Assembly: GCA_041736305.1 (NCBI GenBank)
Contig: JBGSTX010000024.1
Span: 1-16,591 of the forward strand
Direction: 5' to 3'
DNA: 16,591 nt
Origin: Oligoflexus sp.
Lineage (GTDB): Bacteria > Bdellovibrionota_B > Oligoflexia > Oligoflexales > Oligoflexaceae
Of the stretch, positions 8,027 to 13,617 are shown in pieces; within the stretch, counting starts at the first letter, position 1, and each line of letters opens with the position of its first letter. The notes beneath the pieces are model-generated. The model was not told the origin of the DNA. It ran no database searches and saw only the letters and a list, made by a program, of their open reading frames with translations. The position numbers and the translations under genes are program-made.

Positions 8027-10432
8027 ATGAAACTGAAAACAGTGCTAGGCAAAAGTTTAAGGGCACTTCTGAGTCTGTGCTTTAGTCTTTCGTGGCTTGC
8101 ATGCGTGGGTTCTGAAAACCTTGAAAGCCGCGTCGAAGCAAGTCTTGCGAATGAGACAGCGCCGGAAATTACACGTCCAAAACCTTATGCCCAATTGATC
8201 ACGCCGCAAACAAGCCAGCGTTTTCAACATCTTCGCAAACATCAGGGACAGCTTTTGCTAGCGCGCGAAAATCTCCAGCTCATCGTCTCTGGCATACCTC
8301 CTATCAATAGTGCGGCCGCCTTCTCGCCCTTGATGGCCAAGGTTTACAGACTTTCGGGCAAAACCTGGTCTACGCAGCCGTGGCAGCCTCTCCCGGAATT
8401 TTCAATACGCACGCCAGAAGGTGAGCGTCTACCTTTAGTGGGTCAGGATGTTGAAGCTTCGCAGAGTTCACCTCGCATCGTGTCAATATACAGATCAGCC
8501 AAAGCTGAAGCTCGTGTTTATCTCACGCTGGTCCCCCAGACAGGCGCTCTGGAAGTCGAGATACAGAGTGCTGAAGGCAAAGCGGTATTCTGGGACCTCC
8601 GCTTCAGTCACAGTCTTGGTGAGGAGTATCCCATCCCTTACCAAGCAGAATCGCTAGCCGGTATGACCATAGCTCTCCTGCCCGATGCGAGCACTGTTGT
8701 CAGCAGCGTGCCGCTGAAGGCTTTTAGAGACGGTATTTATCAATCGATCACTCCGCTAGTGCCGCAGCAAAGCAGCGGATTCTACCTTCTCCTCGATCGA
8801 GCCAGTCTCTTTCTACAGAGTCGACTGGTTGCGCAAGCGCTGGCTTGCTATGGAAGTGATGCTCCCGCCACAAGCGTCGATTGCCTGCGAGCAGCTTGGG
8901 CGCCGGCGAGCAGCTACTGGACTCTGCAAATGCCTAGCAAAACGCCTTCTCGCGGCGAGAAACGTTTGATGCAAAAGCTCTTCCTTCACAACAAAAAAGG
9001 CGACTTTCGGAGCGTTCTACCTATTTTCGAAGGTGAAACGATTAAGATCGCCCAGCCGCGCTCGCCGGGGAGCGCTGAGCAGGAGGACCGACTTGAACTC
9101 CTCCTGCCTGATTCCGAAGGAGTTCTGCAGCACAAGTCGCTCGCCGACGATACATTTTCTATAGCGCCCTTGGCGAAGGGTAGTCTGCAGCTCTTCGTCG
9201 AACCCAAGCTGCCCGCCTTTGTCGAAATTCGCGATGCAGTCCATGCTGAAGGAGTGGCGATAAATGCCTGGCTGTCGATCAGGTCGAACGATCTATTCTC
9301 GCCGCACACTATTCTGCAGCGGACCTGGCCCTTACAGATGCAAATTCCCGCCGGCGATTATCAAATTCAGGTCTTTAGCGGTGCGAGCACTATCTGCCAG
9401 CAGCGCTTTGCAGTGCGTCCGGAAAAAACGACTCAGATTCGCTGTCAGGACGAATCTCTCCAGAGCAAGCTATCGCCTCGCGTCAGTCTGAGTCTGGACA
9501 CTAACATTCAAGCGCCCGAACTCTTGCAGGCAGCCAGTATCCAGGTGAGCAATCGAGGCGAGCGTAAAACCGGCGCCGGAGATAGCCACTTGCTGGGCGA
9601 GATTCCGACCATAGAGGTTACCGATCCCGAGCTAGGTCTCTCTCTCCGTGCTTTTCCTGCTGACGATAGGCTGCGCAGCGCCTGGGCAAATTATCGGACT
9701 CAGCGTGAAGGGCAGCGACTGCAGGACTTTATGAGCTTCGTGCGTACACAGGATAAGAATCTGCAGACCATACTGGAATGTCCTGCTCCAGGCTTTCAGC
9801 TCGAAGAATATGAATGGCTCGCTCTGACATTTGCCCCCGATATTCTCGAGGTTTTTGGCTGTCTGCAGCCCGAAATGAGTGAAAAACTCCTCGCCATCGC
9901 CCAACGCCTCCAACAAAAGAGCAGCAAGGCTATCAAGCTAGCTGCCGCCTCCCCACTCCGCTCTCTCTTTCAGCTTTACGGAGTCGTCCCGGCTATTTAT
10001 ATGCCAATAAGCCCAAGCCAAAATTCAGTCGAACAGTATATAGAATCATTGAAAAATGGGCTCTATAGCCTCGGTCTGCGCAGCGAACTGGAGATCAACC
10101 CGAAGTCTCTCAACACATCGAGTCGCTTTCTCGCCCTCAAACTGAAAAGCAACGAGCTCAATAAGCGCCCTGGCTTACTTCGCATTCATGACCAGTTTGA
10201 ACTGCTGAACGAGTATCAGCTCCCCGCAAGTTCTCTAGCTGAATGGGATCTGAAGGTCCCTCTGCGCCTGACGCCTCGCAGTCGCTGGCTGCGCGTCGAA
10301 GTCCTAAGCCGTGGAGGCAGCCCAGGGCTTATGACAGGACCAACGGAAAGCGATAACCCACAGGCTACTTTCCTGCTAGCCACAAGCAATTTTTTAGGTT
10401 TAGATGAGGCTCCTAAGCAAGCAGCTCAATAG
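8027..10432 (+). CDS. Large hypothetical lipoprotein with a degenerate CehA/McbA (PHP-fold)-like C-terminal half
   Basis: 801-aa ORF with lipobox WLA-C. Contains a beta-sandwich-like IPAGDYQIQV segment, PDILEVF and C-terminal RWLRVEV...LATSN. The CDS is confident but the family call is tentative. Confidence 0.65.
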   Translation: MKLKTVLGKSLRALLSLCFSLSWLACVGSENLESRVEASLANETAPEITRPKPYAQLITPQTSQRFQHLRKHQGQLLLARENLQLIVSGIPPINSAAAFSPLMAKVYRLSGKTWSTQPWQPLPEFSIRTPEGERLPLVGQDVEASQSSPRIVSIYRSAKAEARVYLTLVPQTGALEVEIQSAEGKAVFWDLRFSHSLGEEYPIPYQAESLAGMTIALLPDASTVVSSVPLKAFRDGIYQSITPLVPQQSSGFYLLLDRASLFLQSRLVAQALACYGSDAPATSVDCLRAAWAPASSYWTLQMPSKTPSRGEKRLMQKLFLHNKKGDFRSVLPIFEGETIKIAQPRSPGSAEQEDRLELLLPDSEGVLQHKSLADDTFSIAPLAKGSLQLFVEPKLPAFVEIRDAVHAEGVAINAWLSIRSNDLFSPHTILQRTWPLQMQIPAGDYQIQVFSGASTICQQRFAVRPEKTTQIRCQDESLQSKLSPRVSLSLDTNIQAPELLQAASIQVSNRGERKTGAGDSHLLGEIPTIEVTDPELGLSLRAFPADDRLRSAWANYRTQREGQRLQDFMSFVRTQDKNLQTILECPAPGFQLEEYEWLALTFAPDILEVFGCLQPEMSEKLLAIAQRLQQKSSKAIKLAAASPLRSLFQLYGVVPAIYMPISPSQNSVEQYIESLKNGLYSLGLRSELEINPKSLNTSSRFLALKLKSNELNKRPGLLRIHDQFELLNEYQLPASSLAEWDLKVPLRLTPRSRWLRVEVLSRGGSPGLMTGPTESDNPQATFLLATSNFLGLDEAPKQAAQ

Positions 10433-10447
10433 AAGGAAAGACTCTCT

Positions 10448-10975
10448 ATGGATCGTTTAAATATGGAGCCATTGATTTCAGCTGCAAGAGTTCAGACACG
10501 CGTTGAGGAATTGGCGAAGCAGATATCGAAGGACTTTGCCGGACAGACCTTATGCGTTGTTGGTGTGCTCAAAGGGTCTTTCATCTTCGTCGCCGACCTC
10601 ATCCGAAGCCTCGACATCGACTGTCAGGTGGAGTTCATCGGCGTCTCCAGTTACGTCGGTATGCAATCGACAGGGCACGTGCGGCTCACCTATGATTTGA
10701 GCGTCGATATCGAAGATAAAAACGTCCTCTTGGTCGAAGACATCATCGACACCGGCACTACTGTCGACTATATGCTCAAGACCTTCGCCGTTAGAAAACC
10801 GCGTATGCTGAAGATCTGCTGCCTTCTCTCGAAGCCGAGTTCGCACCAGGTTGAATTAGCGATCGACTATGCGGGCTTTGAAATCGGTCCTGAATTCGTG
10901 GTCGGCTATGGCCTCGACTATAATGGGCTCTATAGGAACCTGCCTGGCATTATGCGCGTCACCGAAGTTCGATGA
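10448..10975 (+). CDS. hpt: Hypoxanthine phosphoribosyltransferase
   Basis: Motifs VGVLKGSFIFVADL, VSSY, the PRPP motif VLLVEDIIDTGTT and FVVGYGLDYNGLYRNLP. Confidence 0.97.
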   Translation: MDRLNMEPLISAARVQTRVEELAKQISKDFAGQTLCVVGVLKGSFIFVADLIRSLDIDCQVEFIGVSSYVGMQSTGHVRLTYDLSVDIEDKNVLLVEDIIDTGTTVDYMLKTFAVRKPRMLKICCLLSKPSSHQVELAIDYAGFEIGPEFVVGYGLDYNGLYRNLPGIMRVTEVR

Positions 10976-11483
10976 GATCCGAATAGTCGATGACGAAGGG
11001 ATGCTGTTTGCAGGCTCTCACCTGCATATAGTCGTCGAGGCATAAACCCTGAGCGGCCAGCGTCGCCTTGAAGTCCTCGATCCAGGGCATCAGTTCCAGC
11101 TCTGCCCAGCTTTTTGGGGGCAGATCTTTTTCACAGTAGGGCAGCACATAGGCCAGTTCTTCATTGCGCTCGATGAGGGCATAGGGGGGCAGGAGGGGAT
11201 GGGCGAGACGCTGGAGCTTCTGCATCCTGAGAACCCAGGACTTTCGTAAGCGCGTATCGGCCGACCCAAAGCTGCTCTTAGCTACGTTCAAGGCCAAGTC
11301 AACTGCACCCTGAGTACGAATGATATAGCTACGAAAGTGACGACCCTCCCCAAGCTCGAGTCCGAGCTTGTTCGGCTCATCCAGCAGTTTTTCAATCAAA
11401 GCCGGGTCATAGACACGATGGTAGTCACGCACGATCTGCGCGCGCTGCGCACTAAGTTCCTGTTCCCTCAGTCTATTTTTCAT
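10959..11483 (-). CDS. Hypothetical protein, 174 aa, with protein-kinase-like motifs
   Basis: AAGGAG precedes the ATG at 11483, which is preferred over 11603. Motifs LGEGRHFRSY, LALNVAK, HPLLPP, YVLPYC and VIDYS. The 3' end overlaps the hpt 3' end by 17 nt. Confidence 0.65.
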   Translation of the reverse strand: MKNRLREQELSAQRAQIVRDYHRVYDPALIEKLLDEPNKLGLELGEGRHFRSYIIRTQGAVDLALNVAKSSFGSADTRLRKSWVLRMQKLQRLAHPLLPPYALIERNEELAYVLPYCEKDLPPKSWAELELMPWIEDFKATLAAQGLCLDDYMQVRACKQHPFVIDYSDLIELR

Positions 11484-11662
11484 GAAGCTCCTTTTTTCAT
11501 CTGTCTTGCTTCCAACAAGTTTTCTTAAAAACCCAGAGAACCCTGCGGCCCATGCTTTACACTGCCCACCTTTTTGGTTAATGATGTAATGAAGTCTCCG
11601 CATTGTTTTCGGTATTAGGTGGTGAACATGCCCTTTCTATCGATGTACCTGCTCATTGAAAA

Positions 11663-11699
11663 GAAACTTGACACTGAAATCAGCAGTGTCATAAGTTTC
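11663..11699. promoter_or_regulatory. Inverted repeat, candidate upstream activator sequence for a sigma54 enhancer-binding protein
   Basis: TGACACTG-AAATCAG-CAGTGTCA (11669-11691), flanked by GAAACTT...AAGTTTC. Centred about 130 bp upstream of the predicted sigma54 start site. Confidence 0.6.
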
Positions 11700-11785
11700 A
11701 ACATAGCTGAACGGTATATGTTTAATTCTAGTTCAAATTCACACGACTCCACTGCAAAATATAGAGAGCTTATAGAGACAAGCTA

Positions 11786-11801
11786 TGGCACGGGGCTTGC
11801 T
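11786..11801 (+). promoter_or_regulatory. Sigma54 (RpoN) -24/-12 promoter
   Basis: TGGCAC-GGGGC-TTGCT is an exact match to TGGCAC-N5-TTGCW. It is intergenic and correctly oriented about 70 bp upstream of the ATG at 11871. Confidence 0.85.
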
Positions 11802-11870
11802 TTTATTCTGCAAGGGGAAGCTCTCCCCAGCGTAGAGAGATGAATCTGATGCCTGCTCGGAGGTTGGTAA

Positions 11871-12092
11871 ATGCAAGCTGGTAATGAACGGGATTCGAAA
11901 GTTGTTTCTATTTTTGAACGGAATGAAGAGAAGAAGAAGGCCAATGAGAACAGTTCCGAAGAGGACGTTGCTGCCGAAGACTTCACTTGGTCCGATGTTA
12001 TGAAACGCAATGCTGAGAACGCCTCGCGTTTGAAGCGTGAGCGGGACAAGTCTAACAAGGGTGTGATTCGTTCCTACCGCCTCAAGCACTGA
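11871..12092 (+). CDS. Small hypothetical protein, 73 aa, charged with a C-terminal helix
   Basis: Strong GGAGGT RBS at 11859-11864 and a sigma54 promoter upstream. Acidic linker followed by a basic helical C-terminus (NKGVIRSYRLKH). Confidence 0.85.
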   Translation: MQAGNERDSKVVSIFERNEEKKKANENSSEEDVAAEDFTWSDVMKRNAENASRLKRERDKSNKGVIRSYRLKH

Positions 12093-12195
12093 GTTTCGAT
12101 GCTAGCTCTGTAAAGATTTACCATCCAGTGTCTATTCATTAGCCATTAGGCCCACTAGGGCCAAGTTTCTTGCTGAGATACCGTCTGTACCTGAA

Positions 12196-12236
12196 GTTGT
12201 TGTTGTTGTTTGCTGTTGTTAGCTGCTGTTGTTGTG
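12196..12236. repeat. Imperfect (GTT/GCT)n trinucleotide tract in the intergenic leader
   Basis: GTTx5, T, GCT GTT GTT, A, GCT GCT GTT GTT GTG. Confidence 0.85.
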
Positions 12237-12252
12237 GAGCACCGTAAGTAGA

Positions 12253-12567
12253 ATGAAAAAGTCAAATTCCGAGAACCCTTCCAATGTAGTCGATTTCACG
12301 AATTTTAAACGCAGTAAGGAAGCCGAGGAACGTTTCGGCCGTGGTCGCACGCCTCTGAGTGCTAGCCATTTGGAGAAGGAAAAACCGAGCCAGAGCCCTC
12401 AAGTCCGTAATCCTGAAGTTGGTTCGCAAATGGGAGCCATAGGCACAGGACCTGGAGACTTCGGTGATCGTATGCGTCGGATCAAGGCTAGCCTTGAGAA
12501 GATCAATCAGTTGATGATTGATCTGAAGAAGACGACTCGCAAGCCCGAACTCGTCGATATGGATTAA
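12253..12567 (+). CDS. Small hypothetical protein, about 104 aa, disordered with a C-terminal coiled-coil helix
   Basis: ATG at 12253 is the likely start, with GGAG at 12236-12239. Contains NVVDFTNFKRSK and DFGDRMRRIKASLEKINQLMIDLK. The stop codon runs directly into a terminator. Confidence 0.78.
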   Translation: MKKSNSENPSNVVDFTNFKRSKEAEERFGRGRTPLSASHLEKEKPSQSPQVRNPEVGSQMGAIGTGPGDFGDRMRRIKASLEKINQLMIDLKKTTRKPELVDMD

Positions 12568-12604
12568 AAAAAGCTTTCTCCTGTTTTAGGGAGAAAGCTT
12601 TTTT
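12566..12604. terminator. Bidirectional intrinsic terminator
   Basis: AAAAAAGCTTTCTCC-TGTTTTAG-GGAGAAAGCTTTTTT is a 15-bp perfect inverted repeat with A and T tracts, lying between convergent genes. Confidence 0.92.
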
Positions 12605-12625
12605 CGCATCGAAGAGCTTTTCGCT

Positions 12626-13267
12626 TCAGACTTCAACAAAACCATTGCGGATAGCATAACGGGCCAGTTCAATTTGCGAACGCATATTGAGCTTGTTCAT
12701 GATGTTAGCCTTATGTCTATCCACAGTTTTGACACTGATTTGGAGATCCATCGCTATTTCTTTAGCCGTCATTGCCTGCGCTACGCAGCATAGGACATCG
12801 ACTTCCCGCGGGCTCAAGGGATGCTCGAGACGACCGTTCACACCCTCACGATGCTTCTGCACCAGAGAACGGATCAGGTTGTTCGCCTGGAAGTAGCTTC
12901 CCCCTTCGCAGACCGTTCTCAAACCGTTTAACATTTGTTCAGGCTCGTCAAAGGCTGACATCAGTCCCTTTGCCCCTATGCGCTCGGCGATGCGCTGATA
13001 TTCAGGCAGCGGTAATGAGCTGGTCAGGATGATGTTCAGGTCGGGTTTTGCTCCATGAGCTTCCGAGGCCATTTGATAAATGGAGGCCTGGGTCTGCAGA
13101 TCGAGGAGGAGAACATCGGGAGAATATTTCTGCACCATGTCTTTGACTTGGTAGCTCGAAGGGCAAGCGCCCACTATCTGCACGTCTTCGAAGCGATCGA
13201 GAACCTGTACAAGTCCTTCACGGACGATTGAGTGATCGTTGATTATCAGCAGGGACATCTTCTTCAT
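12626..13267 (-). CDS. NarL/FixJ family (REC + LuxR HTH) response regulator with atypical receiver
   Basis: Receiver motifs NDHSIVREGL and PDVLLLDL. HTH LSPREVDVL...TAKEIAMDLQISVKTVDRHKANIMNKL. The start could instead be 13288 or 13258. Confidence 0.93.
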   Translation of the reverse strand: MKKMSLLIINDHSIVREGLVQVLDRFEDVQIVGACPSSYQVKDMVQKYSPDVLLLDLQTQASIYQMASEAHGAKPDLNIILTSSLPLPEYQRIAERIGAKGLMSAFDEPEQMLNGLRTVCEGGSYFQANNLIRSLVQKHREGVNGRLEHPLSPREVDVLCCVAQAMTAKEIAMDLQISVKTVDRHKANIMNKLNMRSQIELARYAIRNGFVEV

Positions 13268-13593
13268 ATAGTTGCTCGCACCATGCATTGTTGCAAATTA
13301 AAACTCCATGCCACAAGGACGTTTATTAGCAATAATCCTTAGGGAAGACTAGATGAGGAAGTATGAAGAATAGGGAAGAATCCGCGCTAAGCCTTACCAA
13401 ACCTGCTTTTGAAGAAAATTTGATATTAGGGTAAGGTTTATTTCTTCGGTATTTCCACATGTTCCAGCACTTTTTGTAGCTTAGGAAGCAAGTTGAGGAG
13501 CTTCTGATCGAGCTCTCTCGTCAGCACCGTTAAGCTTCTAAGTCTCCATAAATATTCATTTTTTTATAGGATTGGGAAGAAATGGAAAGCGAG

Positions 13594-13611
13594 TCCCCCC
13601 CGCAAGGGGGA
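13594..13611. terminator. GC hairpin just after the topoisomerase III stop, probable terminator
   Basis: Plus strand reads TCCCCCCC-GCAA-GGGGGA, 6 nt past the minus-strand stop codon. The U-tract on the minus strand is interrupted and displaced. Confidence 0.5.
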
Positions 13612-13617
13612 TTTTCA

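Noticed and set aside
11484-11603. N-terminal extension of the 214-aa ORF
   Set aside because: The AAGGAG RBS sits in front of ATG 11483, and the extension looks like AT-rich non-coding sequence.
11619-12089. ORFs 11619..11843+, 11739..12089- and 11783..12058-
   Set aside because: They overlap the sigma54 promoter region or lie antisense to the RBS-supported 73-aa gene, and I recognise no motifs in them.
12158-12174. Second sigma54-like sequence GGGCCAAGTTTCTTGCT before the 104-aa gene
   Set aside because: The GG-to-GC spacing is 11 or 12 nt rather than the required 10.
13298-13313. Minus-strand TGGCATGGAGTTTTAA upstream of the LuxR-type regulator as a sigma54 box
   Set aside because: It has a good -24 half but no GC at -12.
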